From Heterodontus francisci (lineage: Eukaryota), in assembly GCF_036365525.1 (NCBI RefSeq), contig NC_090379.1, positions 32,851,790-32,915,789 of the forward strand: a stretch of DNA of 64,000 nucleotides. The letters run 5' to 3'. The translations under genes and the position numbers were made by a program. The notes beneath the pieces are model-generated. The model was not told the origin of the DNA. It saw only the letters and a list, made by a program, of their open reading frames with translations, and made no database searches. Below are positions 38,583 through 50,524 of the stretch, piece by piece (positions within the stretch are counted from its first letter, which is position 1; every line of letters begins with the position of its first letter).

Positions 38583-39009
38583 GCTCCTTAATAATTTTAT
38601 ATGTTTCAATTAGATCATATTTTTCTAAATTCCAGGAAATACACTAATGCAAGACCTGTGCACCTATTATCAAAGGATAAAAATACAGGGACAGAGCCTC
38701 AAAAAGGGGAAGGGGAGAAATCTGCAGAAAAATCAGGGCGTGTTCAAGCAGGCTTAGTTCCAAATACAATCAGGCATTACCTTCACCAAAGGTTCCATGC
38801 GAGCTGGGACAGCACCAAAATGTCACTCTGTCCCAGCACCAACTTAAAAACAACTATGGTCACTGATATATGTTAACAATGCAATTACATTAAATGGGTT
38901 ACAGATCACATAATTGAGCTTCCTTTGTGAAAGAGCTTAGAATGCAAAGGCAACATCATTCCCAAGATGTAATTAAATCCAGTAAGAGTATTCAGACTTA
39001 AATGTAACC

Positions 39010-39830
39010 AATAGTTAACAAATCATGTAACGTATCTCGCACCTTATATCATCTCACAGAAACATTCCAAATTGCTCTTCATAGAATGGATACTATGCAG
39101 CTATTGTTGTTACATGGGTAAACATGTATGGTTGCATAAATATGAACAATTCGACTGTTTTGGTGATGTGGTTCAGAGACAGCTTTCGGTCAGGGCACCT
39201 AGTAAATTCCCTATTATTTTACAAACAGAACAAGATCTTTCATCCACCTGAACAAGTAGTTGAGGCATCAGAAGGACATGCCTCTAACAAGGCAGCACTC
39301 CCCCAGTACAGCATTGCAGTGTGAGCCGAGATTATCTGCGCCAAGATCTTCTCACTCAGTGACAAATGGTTATCAAGGTAAGCACTAAGCAAAGCCTGTA
39401 ACAAAGAAAGACTTGCATTTATAGAGCATATTTCATGATCCCAGCATATCCCAAAGGGTTTTACAGCCAATTAAGTACTTTTGAAGTGTAGTTACTGTTG
39501 TAGTGAAACATAGTAGGAAATCTGCAGTCTCATACACAGCAATGAGATAGTGACTAGATAACCTGTTCTTTAAATAATGTCAGTTGAGATAAATATTAGT
39601 CAGGGCACCATGGAGAACTTCACTGCTCTTTTTCAAAAAAGCACCACGAGATCTTTTACGATCACCTGAGAGAGAAACAGTTTAACCTCATCTGAAAGAC
39701 AGCACCTCCAACAGTGCAGCTCTCCCTCAGTACTGCACTGGAGTGTCAGCCGAGTGTTTTGTGCTCCTGTCCATGGAGTGTGATTTGAACCTATATCCTC
39801 ATGACACAGTGCTGAGAGTGCCATCATTCC
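39010..39830 (-). mobile_element. Two tandem Deu-domain SINEs
   Basis: gacttgcatttatagagcata tail and gatctttt...cacctgaga core seen twice. Confidence 0.6.
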
Positions 39831-39904
39831 TTTACAATTGGAAATGCCACAATGTTAGCTGGCTGGTCATAAATGAGCTACACACCTTTACCCGATCGTT
39901 CAAC

Positions 39905-41455
39905 AACCCCCATCCCGGCCTGACCCAGACCCAACCTGGCCTGACCCAGACCTCCCCCACCCAGCCCTCACCCCCAGACTGTCCCAGACCTCCCCTACCC
40001 AGCCCTCACCCCCAGCCTGACCCAGCCTTCACCCCCAGCCTGACCCAGACCTCAGCTACCCAGCCCTCACCCCCAGCCTGTCCCAGCCCTCACCCCCAGC
40101 CTGACCCAGCCCTCACCCCCAGCCTGACCCAGCCCTCACCCCCAGCCTGACCCAGACCTCAGCTACCCAGCCCTCACCCCCAGCCTGACCCAGGCCTCCC
40201 CTACCCAGCCCTCACCCCCAGCCTGACCCAGGCCTCCCCTACCCAGCCCTCACCCCCAGCCTGACCCAGGCCTCTCCTACCCAGCCTTCACCCCCAGCCC
40301 TCACCTACCCAGCCTTCACCCCCAGCCCTCACCAGACCTCCGCTACCCAGCCCTCACCCCCAGCCTGACCCAGGCCTCCCCTACCCAGCCCTCACCCCCA
40401 GCCTGACCCAGGCCTCCCCTACCCAGCCCTCACCCCCAGCCTGACCCAGGCCTCCCCTACCCAGCCCTCACCCCCAGCCTGACCCAGGCCTCCCCTACCC
40501 AGCCCTCACCCCCAGCCTGACCCAGGCCTCCCCTACCCAGCCCTCACCCCCAGCCTGACCCAGGCCTCCCCTACCCAGCCCTCACCCCCAGCCTGACCCA
40601 GACCTCAGCTACCCAGCCTGACCCAGACCTCAGCTACCCAGCCTGACCCAGACCTCCCCTACCCAGCCTGACCCAGACCTCACCTACCCAGCCCTCACCC
40701 CCAGCCTGACCCAGACCTCCCCTACCCAGCCCTCACCCCCAGCCTGACCCAGGCCTCCCCTACCCAGACCTCACCCCCAGCCTGACCCAGACCTCAGCTA
40801 CCCAGCCTGACCCAGACCTCAGCTACCCAGCCTGACCCAGACCTCAGCTATCCAGCCTGACCCAGACCTCCCCTACCCAGCCCTCACCCCCAGCCTGACC
40901 CAGACCTCCCCTACCCAGCCCTCACCCCCAGCCTGACCCAGACCTCAGCTACCCAGCCCTCACCCCCAGCCTGACCCAGACCTCCCCTACCCAGCCCTCA
41001 CCCCCAGCCTGACCCAGCCCTCCCCTACCCAGCCCTCACCCCCAGCCTGACCCAGCCCTCACCCTGACCCAGACCTCAGCTACCCAACCCACCCCCAGAC
41101 TGTCCCAGACCTCCCCTACCCAGCCCTCACCCCCAGCCTGACCCAGGCCTCCCCTACCCAGCCCTCACCCCCAGCCTGACCCAGACCTCCCCTACCCAGC
41201 CTGACCAAGGCCTCAGCTACCCAGCCCTCACCCCCAGCCTGACCAAGGCCTCAGCTACCCAGCCCTCACCCCCAGCCTGACCAAGGCCTCAGCTACCCAG
41301 CCCTCACCCCCAGCCTGACCAAGGCCTCAGCTACCCAGCCCTCACCCCCAGCCTGACCCAGCCCTCACCCTCAGCCTGTCCCAGACCTCCCCTACCCAGC
41401 TCTCTCCCCCAGCCTCCCCTACCCAGCCTTCACCCCCAGCCTGAACTAGGCCTCC
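39905..41455. repeat. C-rich/G-rich minisatellite, main unit 38 bp with shorter variants
   Basis: ctacccagccctcacccccagcctgacccaggcctccc repeated many times with cagct and ccaga variants. Confidence 0.95.
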
Positions 41456-41665
41456 CCTAAGCCCTCACCCCCCAGACTGATCCAGGCCCCCCGCCTTCAT
41501 CCCCCAGACTGATCCAGGCCCTCACCCCCCAGACTGATCCAGGCCCCCACCCCTCACCCCCCAGACTGATCCAGGCCCCCACCCCCCAGACTGATCCAGG
41601 CCCCCACCCCCCAGACTGATCCAGGCCCCCACCCCCCAGACTGATCCAGGCCCCCACCCCCACCC
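41456..41665. repeat. Second minisatellite, ~24-31-bp unit
   Basis: ccccagactgatccaggcccccacc repeated about 6 times, abutting the splice donor. Confidence 0.92.
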
Positions 41666-41671
41666 ACTCAC

Positions 41672-41830
41672 CATGCAAGAAACGGAAGGGCAGTTGTGGC
41701 CGGGAAAGGCAGGGAGGGGAGCGAAAGGGCCGGAGCAGCGGATCCCACTTTAATCCATCGCGTTTCTCTGTATTTTTCTTTTCCGCACCACGACCTCCGC
41801 CAGCTGACGAGTCACAAACGGATCCGGTTC
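41672..41830 (-). other. LYSET: Probable LYSET non-coding exon 1
   Basis: Strong donor ATG|gtgagt at 41672/41671 at the edge of a CpG-rich island; upstream limit (TSS) is approximate. Confidence 0.6.
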
Positions 41831-42060
41831 CGTATTATTGTTAACTGTATCCGGGCTGTTGCTGGGGGCGGGAGACGGGGGAAATGAGCACCAGAAGGAG
41901 ACAAGAGGGAACCCTCACCACCACCACCTGTGGTGCGCCTCTCGCGTTCGGAGGACCTCACTTTTCATAGCCTTTGCCCACCAGTGCAATCTATTTGCAC
42001 CAGAAACATTGAGCAACTTCCTGTTTACGTTGGTATGTCTTTTGGTATCAGACGTATGAT
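41690..42060. promoter_or_regulatory. CpG-rich LYSET promoter region
   Basis: Local CpG cluster; ETS-like ttccg and cttcct motifs; tctcgcg motif. Confidence 0.6.
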
Positions 42061-42329
42061 TCTTATTCTTCATTTCCCATCTTCTTATTGACATTTTTGT
42101 TACAGAAATATTTGTCCTTCCAATCTTATCAACATTAAAGTGCTATTCACTATCTAGTCCATAGCTGCATGTAACATCACTGATTGTTTTTCAGATGAAG
42201 AAATTGATTAATCTGTGGTAGAATCAGCAAAGAGAACAACACAATTTTTCCAACATAAAGCATGGCTTAATTTACTCTGGCCTCATAAGGTGTCTGCACC
42301 ACCCATTAGAAATAAATCTGTACTTTGCT

Positions 42330-42755
42330 ATTAGCTGTGGTTCAGTTGGTAGCACTCTTACCTCTAAACAAGAAGGTTATGGATTCAAGTCCCACTTCAA
42401 GGCTTATGTACAAATAAATAAATATCAAAGCTGATACTCTATTGTAGTACTGCATTGGTGGAGTATGCCTCTTTCAGATGAGATGCTAAGCCAAGGCCCC
42501 ATCTGTCCTTTTAGGGGATGGAAAAGAGACCATAGCAATACTTTGAAGAAGAGGAGGGAAGTTATTCCTGGTGGCCTGACCAATGTTTATCTGTCAATCA
42601 ACATCACAAAAACGGATTATCTGGTCTGCTCTTTGTGGGTAGTTGCTGCGTGCAAGCTGGCTGCCACATTTCCTATATTACAACAGTGACTATACTTCAT
42701 TGGCTGTAAAGTGTTTTGGAGCATCCATGAAAGGTGCATTAGAAATGCAAGTGGA
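42330..42755 (+). mobile_element. Deu-domain tRNA-SINE
   Basis: tggttcagttggtagcactctt head, gattcaagtccc B box, Deu-like core, tail gaaaggtgcattagaaatgcaagt. Confidence 0.7.
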
Positions 42756-43039
42756 TTTTTTAAAACCTAGATTCCAGAGGTGAAAGGAAAAGTACAATTT
42801 CCAGAGTGCCACACATCATAGCATTGTACCTGTACTTGATGCTAATTTAGCTCCCAGTGTCTAGTTTGATAACACCTTCTAGGTCTTTGATGAAGACAAG
42901 AAACAATGCTATTCCAGTAGGAAGATGGAAGTCTATTTATTGTAACCTGATGTTTAAGGTGTTACTATTCAAAATAGGCTACGAAAAGCCACCCTCTCAG
43001 TGAGGTTGGAGTACCAAACTCTATTGAGATCTGTATCTA

Positions 43040-43420
43040 GTGAGTAGCTGGGCCAAGCATTGCAGAAAAGTCCCAGGTTCAATCCCCAGTTTGTGCTGAT
43101 TTATTTTGTCCCAGCCAAGATAGCAATAAGGTTTTGGTGCCTTTGGGCTATGGAGGGAAAAGTCATCCAGGAATCTCACTCCTGATCACTATTCAGTGAC
43201 ACCTTCTGGTAGTGCACATGCATGACCATTGGGAAGGGTATGTGTGTGATCTGGGTTGTGGAATACCATATGCTGAACTAGATAAATGGCATTCACTGTC
43301 AATAGTTGTGTGCCAAGAATAGTAAGATGAGTGTTATACTGGAGAATGAAGGGTGCCAGTGGAACCATAGCCTCATTCAGGAATACATATCTTTAGAAAG
43401 GGAGGGCAGAAAATTGGCAA
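43040..43420 (+). mobile_element. Unclassified SINE-like element
   Basis: B-box-like ggttcaatccc followed by the core shared with the 27060 and 43820 copies. Confidence 0.5.
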
Positions 43421-44169
43421 AAAGCACAATTTAAAATAAAAGAAGAAAAGGAAAATGTTATCTTGATGCTGAATATTGAAAGAATCACCATGTGACTAAA
43501 AGTCCAAATTTAGTCAATTTATTTCAACACTACATTTTCAACCAGATTCAAAAATGTTATGACTGAGAGTTACTTTTCCATTGTTATTTCTGTGAACTTT
43601 GATACAATTAACAAAGACTTGGTCTCAGTCTTGCAGATAGACAGAAAATTGCTTCTTTCTACTTGATTAGGACAATACCTGTTAACAGTGAGTTGAAATG
43701 TATAAACTGGCCCTTCCAATGGCTTAGCAGGTAAATACAGAACATGGGCATAAAAACCAGAGAGATGTAGAAAGTTGTCCAGGTTGTGCTGAGAATCAGA
43801 TCTCATCTGGGATGACACAAGAGGTGCAAAAATTGGTGTCAGTGCTTATGAGCCATTGAGGGAGAAAAATCAATGATGCCTGTTGGTAAGTGTGTGCATG
43901 TGGATATCAGACAAGGACACAATTGGTTTGGCTGCAATTTTCTCCCCCATCCAAATAACTTGTTGGCACTTTAAGTTCATACATGATGAGTGGGTACTGG
44001 CTGTGCTCCTGCTGTACATGTGAAGTCACACTCCAGCAGGAACCAGCACTTTCAGGAGCGGAGGAATCAGCTGAGCCTTACAGTATGAGGGACCTGAATT
44101 ATGAGTAATATGAGAAAATATAGTTAGAAAGAAGTGTTTTGTGCACTTCAATGGTGCTTGGTGCTACTT

Positions 44170-44540
44170 CACATTAACAACAACTTACATTTTAAAAACT
44201 CATACTTAATGTTCCAAGGCACTTCACAGAGGAGAAACAGAGTAGTACAGAGTAGTACTGCTTAGTAGCAGTAGTAAAAGAGAAGACCACAAGTACCATG
44301 AGAAATATAGATTCTGAGGAGACTTTTAAATGTGGGGATAGTAGCAAGTAGGATTTTTGGAGGATAAGGCTGTGCTGGTTGAATCTGAAGTCTACTGCCA
44401 ATGGATAAGCAGAAACAGGGGAAGGCACACTTAAAAAGAGTCAAAGGATTGAAGTGCATGATCTGGGAAATAGGGCTGCTGGTGGTTGCGGAGGGAAGGT
44501 AGAGCAAGACTACGGAGGGATTTGTCATCAAGAACCAAGA
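44170..44540 (-). mobile_element. L2 LINE 3' fragment
   Basis: acaacaacttacattt tail and similarity to 17660-18155. Confidence 0.5.
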
Positions 44541-44614
44541 TTTGAATTCAATGTGTTGGGGGAACAGATAGGCACAGAGTTCAGTGAGGACAGGGGTAAT
44601 GGAACACCAGACAC

Positions 44615-44925
44615 ATAGCAGTGTAGCAGTTAAGTTACTCAACTAGATTAGTAATCCAGAGAATGTGGGTTGAAATCTCATGGCAATTTCAGAATTTGAA
44701 TTCAGTTTATCAGTCAACCTAACCAGGAAGCTGAAAACCCAGAGAAAGAAGCCCGCTGTCTTTACCCAGTCTGGCCTATAGGTGACTCCAGTCCCATTCC
44801 GATGTGGTTGAACTCCTTTTCATTGCCATAGGCCATGCAGCTGTATCAGTCTTTCTCGGGGCAACTCGGGATGGGCAGTAAAGCCGGTTTTGTCAGTGTC
44901 GTCCACATCTCGCGAATGAGTTTTT
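44615..44925 (+). mobile_element. tRNA-SINE with LINE-derived tail
   Basis: ctagattagtaatccagaga...ggttgaaatc head; ggtctggcct..gtgactccag core; gggcaactcgggatgggcagtaaa tail. Confidence 0.55.
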
Positions 44926-46770
44926 AAAAAGGTGCAGGATGGAAACAGAATATCAGCCGTGGGGAGATTTGAATAAACTGGAGTTTGTCTGAAGTGAAGC
45001 TTAGGGGATTGGCAAGAAGCGCATTGAAAAGTCGGATCTGGACTTAACAGAAACATGATTGATAGTTTCAATAACGGTGGGAAATGAGGCATATGAGGGT
45101 AGTGTTGCTGAGGTGAAAGTTAACAGTCTTGGGTGATGGATGGTCAACACCTATAACCTACTACCAGATCACTCACTGTTTCAAAGAAAACCCAACAAGA
45201 TCAATAGAAAGCCAAAAAGGTTGAATTTAATAATTCATCTGTATAAATATTCGGTTAAAAATTGAAGGTGACGCTCACTGTTCGAAGTAATTTTAATGGC
45301 ATTTATTCAAAGATCACAAGTATTCTTTGCAGCTACTCCTCATAGAGTGGGACTCCTAGGAATATCTCCGAATTGTTTTATGCCAAGAGCTAAAAAGAAA
45401 ATTTAGTTTTTTTTTCTGGAAGCATTTCTATCGGTGTCATTACCGCAGATCAGCAAATTCACATTCTTTCCCCAATATGTCTTTAATTGCAAGGTTCTCA
45501 ACCACTGACTGTAAACCCCTGTTAAAATGCAAAACAATTTTTACAGACATTTAAAACAATAAGTATATAATTTGAGGTGCATAATTTCCCTGGAACCTGC
45601 TGGCCATTTCAGAAACGCAAATCCAAATATCTTGGGAACACTCCCAAAAGTTTAAAGCGGGATTGTCTAGGAGCAGACTGCGGTACTCCATGTCAAAAAC
45701 TGAAGGAAATTATTATTGCAGCTTTACGTGAAGTGCGTAATTTGGTCAGTCTGATGGCCCGCGTACAATACTTCCCATTTTATATAATCCGAGTGTAGGC
45801 TAGTCTTTATTTAAAGAAACATAACTCAGACTGAGTGACCATTGCCCGAAAGACTTTTAATGAGTTCTCCAAAATAACACCCAATTTGATCAACGTGGAA
45901 GTAGAGCGTGGGTCCTGAGCCCTGTGTCTCAGGTAGGTTCACAAATGTCAACAACAACAACGAAAGTCGTTGTGCAGACTCGTTAAAATAATTCTAACAT
46001 GAAACGTGGCATTGGAGATCTGTCAGCCTAGAGGCAAAAACTGTCATTTGTTACTTCCAAAAAGCATCTGGAATTTCAGTCTTCCCAGTAATTGTCGTTA
46101 CCTCTAGTGTCAGCTGGAACCTGAGCAACGAGAGAAAGACTTGCATTTATCTAGCGCCTTTCATGACCTCCGAGGTCCCAAAGCGCTTTACAGTCAATGA
46201 AGTACCTTTTCTTGAAGTGTTCAGTCACTGTTGTAATGTGAGAATATATACATAGGAATCATTTAAATCTGAGTGCTCCTGATGATCGGTTGGATCGCAT
46301 CCACAATCACCCACCGATCTAGTGAGAAGAAACGCTCCCAACCCTTGCTATTGTGTGATTGGGGTGCTGAATGAGAACAGGAAACATTACCAAAAGTAAT
46401 TGGTTTGACTTTATGGTCACTCATAAGACCAGCCCTTATTCCGGGTCTAATACAGAATTGAAGGCGTTGTCGTTTTCACGATGGTATTATTGCAGTGACG
46501 AGATGTCCCAGTGAGTGCTTTGCGCGTAGGGTGCTGATTTAAAAAGTTACATTTTATGATTGTAACTACATGTTATAAAGTATTGATAAGCGACATGTGT
46601 TCTAATTTTTAGGAACTCTATCATACAATCGACAGGTAATATTTTTCGCTGTCGATGTTTATTAACTAATATTTTAAACACGTTTGTGTTGTGTATTAGG
46701 TAATGTTGATGTACTTAATATTTTTGAGTCTACAATTGCTATAATGACAGCAAAGAAATATACGAAAGTC

Positions 46771-49700
46771 TCTTTGTACAGATGCTGCCAGACCTGCTGA
46801 GTGGTTCCAGCATTTCTTGTTTTTATTTCAGATTTCCAGCATCCGCAGTATTTTGCTTTTATTTTAGTGTTTAATTCACTGCCACTTCTCTTCCAGGAAT
46901 GCCTACCTTGAAGAAGTTCTGATCTTCCCTCCGATGGGATTTTCGTTTGTCTCTTTTACCTTGTTCACCTTCATTGCTTTCTATTTCCCTCCTGGTGTTT
47001 GATAAAGTGTCTACCAAAACTCGTTTTCACAGCCACATCTCCTTCCTCAGTGACTGTCTCCGGCTCCGACTTATTCCACGTGGATTCCAACTGCATTTTC
47101 ACCCATCATGCTTTGAATCCACCCACGACTACAGGTATCTCCGAGAAATACAACGTTCCTCGGACTGCTACTCTCGCCGCATCCTGAGATCCACACTCAG
47201 TGCTATGCGCCACTACATGCACACACTGAACCTCTCTCTCCAGCAGCACCACCTCACCTTATCTCGTTATCTACTCCACAGTTTCATTTCATCTTTTGTG
47301 TCATCCGACACATTAACAAAAAACTTTTTTTCTTCCTTTCAGATATCAAGGAACGCAAGCTCCAGCAGCTGATGGGGACTAATGCTCCTCCAGATCCTCC
47401 TTCCGCTTCACTTCCCTCTGACTCCACCCCTTCTGATCTGACCCCTTGCCGTGTATTCACTATACCCTCTGACCTCCCCCTCTCTGATGCTGAACGTTCT
47501 GTACTCAGCAAAGGTCTCAGTTTTATCCCCTTACGTCCCCACCTCAATGAATTTCGCACTCGGCATGACGTTGAGCTCTTCTTCCGTCGCCTCCGTCTCC
47601 GGGCTGACTTCTTTGCCTAGGAGTCCTCCCCCCGATCAGCAGACCCATTCACCCGCCTCCAGCATTCTCCCTCTACCTGGACCCCTCCCCCTGGCCTCTT
47701 ACCCGCTCTTGATCTCTTCATTGAAAACTGTCGGCGAGACATTGGTCATCTCAATTTCTCTGCCCCCCTCACTCACTCTAACCTGTCCCCCTCTGAACTT
47801 CAGGCACTCCGTTCTCTCAGGTCTAACCCCGACATGGTCATCAAACCTGCAGACAAGGGTGGTGCTGTTGTTGTATGGCTTACCGACCTCTACCTTGCAG
47901 AAGCTCAACGCCAACTCACAGACACTTCTTCCTACCTCCCTCTGGACCATGACCCCACCACCGAACATCAAGCCACTGTCCAAAGGACTGTCACTGACCT
48001 CATCTCCTCTGGAGATCTTCCGTCTACAGCTTCTAACCTCATAGTCCCGCAACCCCGGGCAGCCCACTTCTACCTCCTTCCCAAAATCCACAAACGGGAC
48101 TGTCCCGGCAGACCCATTGTGTCAGCCTGCTCCTGCCCCACTGAAATTATTTCTTCCTATCTTGACTCTATCTTTTCTCCGCTGGTCCAGTCTCTTCCCA
48201 CCTACATCCATGACTCTTCAGACACCCTACGTCATTTTGACAATTTCCCGTTTCCTGGTCCCAACCGCCTCCTCTTCACTATGGACGTCCAATCGCTCTA
48301 CACCTCCATCCCCCACCTGGATGGTTTAAGGGCTCTCCGCTTCTTCCTTGAACAGAGGCCCAACCACCACCACCCTCCTCCGCCTGGCTGAACTTGTTCT
48401 CACATTGAACAACTTCTCCTTCAACTCCGCTCACTTCCTTCAAGTAAAAGGTGTTGCTATGGGTACCCGCAAGGGTCCTAGTTATGCCTGTCTTTTTGTG
48501 GGATATGTCGAGCATTCTTTGTTCCAGTCCTACTCAGGCCCCCTCCCCCAACTCTTTTTCCGGTACATTGATGACTGTATCGGTGCCTTCCTGCTCCCGC
48601 CCTGAACTAGAAAACTTTATCAACTTTGCTTCCAATTTCCACCCTTCTCTCACCTTTACATGGTCCATCTCTGACACTTCCCTTCCCTTCCTCGACTTCT
48701 CTGTCTCCATCTCTGGGGATAGATTGTCTACTAATATCCATTATAAGCCCACCGACTCCCACAGCTACCTGGACTACACTTCTTCACACCCGACCTCCTG
48801 TAAGAACTCCATTCCATTCTCCCAGTCTCTCCGTCTCCGACGCATCTGCTCTGATGATGCCACCTTCCATGACGGTGCTTCTGATATGACCTCCTTTATC
48901 CTCAACCGAGGATTCCCCCCCACTGTTGTTGACAGGGCCCTCAACCGTGTCCGGCCCATTTCCCGTACCTCTACCTTCCCCCTCCCTCCCAAACCGTGAC
49001 AGGGTTCCCCTTGTCCTCACTTTCCACCCCATCAGCCTCCATATTCAAAGGATCATCCTCCGCCATTTCCGCCACCTCCAGCATGATGCCACTACCAAAT
49101 GCATCTTCCCCTTCCTTCCCCTGTCAACATTCTGAAGGGATTGTTCCCTCCGCGACACCCTGGTCCACTCCTCCATTACCCCCACCACCTCGTCCCCGTC
49201 CCATGGCACCTTCCCCTGCAATCGCAGGAGGTGTAATACCTGCCCATTTACCTCCTCTCTCCTCACTATCCCAGGCCCCAAACACTCCTTTCAGGTGAAG
49301 CAGTGATTTACTTGTACTTCTTTCAATGTAGTATACTGTATTCGCTGCTCACAATGTGGTCTCCTCTACATTGGGGAGACTAAACGCAGACTGGGTGACC
49401 GCTTTGCAGAACACCTCTGCTCAGTCCGCAAGCAGGACCCTGAGCTTCCGGTTGCTTGCCATTTCAACACTCCCCCCTGCTCTCATGCTCACATCTCTAT
49501 CCTGGGCTTGGTGCAGTGTTCCACTGAACATCAACGCAAGCTCGAGGAACAGCATCTCATTTTCCGATTAGGCACACTACAGTCTGCCGGACTGAACATT
49601 GAGTTCAATAATTTCAGAGCATGACAGCCCCCCATTTTACTTTCATTTTTAGTTCTTCTTTCTTTTTTACATTTTTTTACAATTTTTTTTCTTTTGTTTA

Positions 49701-50098
49701 TTTCATTTTATTGTAGTTTGTTCAGTTTGCTTACCCACTGTTTTTTTTCATGTTTATACTTGCTGCTGTTCAATCTTCAGTTCGTTAACACCCTATCTGT
49801 ACTAATGCTTTGTCTTGCAACACACCATTAACATATTGTTTGCCTTTGCTCCATGACCTCTTGGTCAGCTATGTGGCCTTGTCCAATCTACACCTTCTCC
49901 TTTGTTATCTCTTGCCCCACCCCCGGCTCACTTGCTTATAACCTGTGACATTTTAAATATTTGCTAGTTCCGAAGAAGGGTCACTGACCCGAAACGTTAA
50001 CTCTGCTTCTCTTTCCACAGATGCTGCCAGACCTGCTGAGTGGTTCCAGCATTTCTTGTTTTTATTTCAGATTTCCAGCATCCGCAATATTTTGCTTT
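46771..50098 (+). mobile_element. Near full-length Penelope-like element (Neptune type): RT + GIY-YIG endonuclease, pseudo-LTRs
   Basis: Interrupted ORF ~46899-49624 with IPRG, KPADKGG, MDVQSLYTSIP, GVAMG, RYIDD, Cys linker CNRRRCNTC and VYCIRCSQCGLLYIGET; direct terminal repeat ~46778-46860 / 50017-50099; TSD tacgaaagtc at 46761-46770 and 50099-50108. Confidence 0.95.
49966..50002 (+). ncRNA. Minimal type I hammerhead ribozyme motif in the Penelope 3' pseudo-LTR
   Basis: AGTT-CCGAAGA-A-GGGTC(ACT)GACCC-GAAA-CG-TT-AACT: stem I AGTT/AACT, core CyGAnGA...GAAA, palindromic ACGT in place of stem III. Confidence 0.7.
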
Positions 50099-50261
50099 TA
50101 CGAAAGTCAATGTTGTACTTGAATGTATATTATACAATGTTAACTGTAGTGAGGACTATAAGCTATCGACCTTCTCAGAGTTGGCCGTACTTCCAAGATG
50201 ACCCATGCAATAGCGACTGTTTTAGGTCCTGGGTTCAAACCCAGTCCAGCTGGTGTGAACT

Positions 50262-50445
50262 TGCATTTATATAGCACCTTTCATGACCTCAGGACATCCC
50301 AAAGTGTTTTACAGCCAATGAAGCACTTTTGAAGTACAGTCATTATCGTAATGCAGGAAGCACAGCAGCCAATTTGCCCAAGGTCCCACAAACAGCAATG
50401 TGATAAAGACCAGATTACATGTTTCAGTGATGTTGCTTGAGGGAT
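50262..50445 (-). mobile_element. Deu-domain SINE 3' part
   Basis: acttgcatttatatagcacctttcatgacctcaggacatcccaaagtg tail. Confidence 0.7.
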
Positions 50446-50524
50446 AAGTATGAAGGCTACTCTCTCTTCGACCTGAAAGGGAAACTTAGGAATTTAAAGG
50501 ATGAAAAAGAATCCTGTAGTGTAT

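Noticed and set aside
39743-40150. Pro/Ser/Gln-rich 135-aa ORF (and the 41457-41678 ORF)
   Set aside because: Translations of SINE and minisatellite sequence
39905-41665. CRISPR array or immunoglobulin switch region
   Set aside because: Tandem units have no unique spacers and the DNA is eukaryotic; no Ig exons are nearby, so the switch-like motifs are only a compositional resemblance
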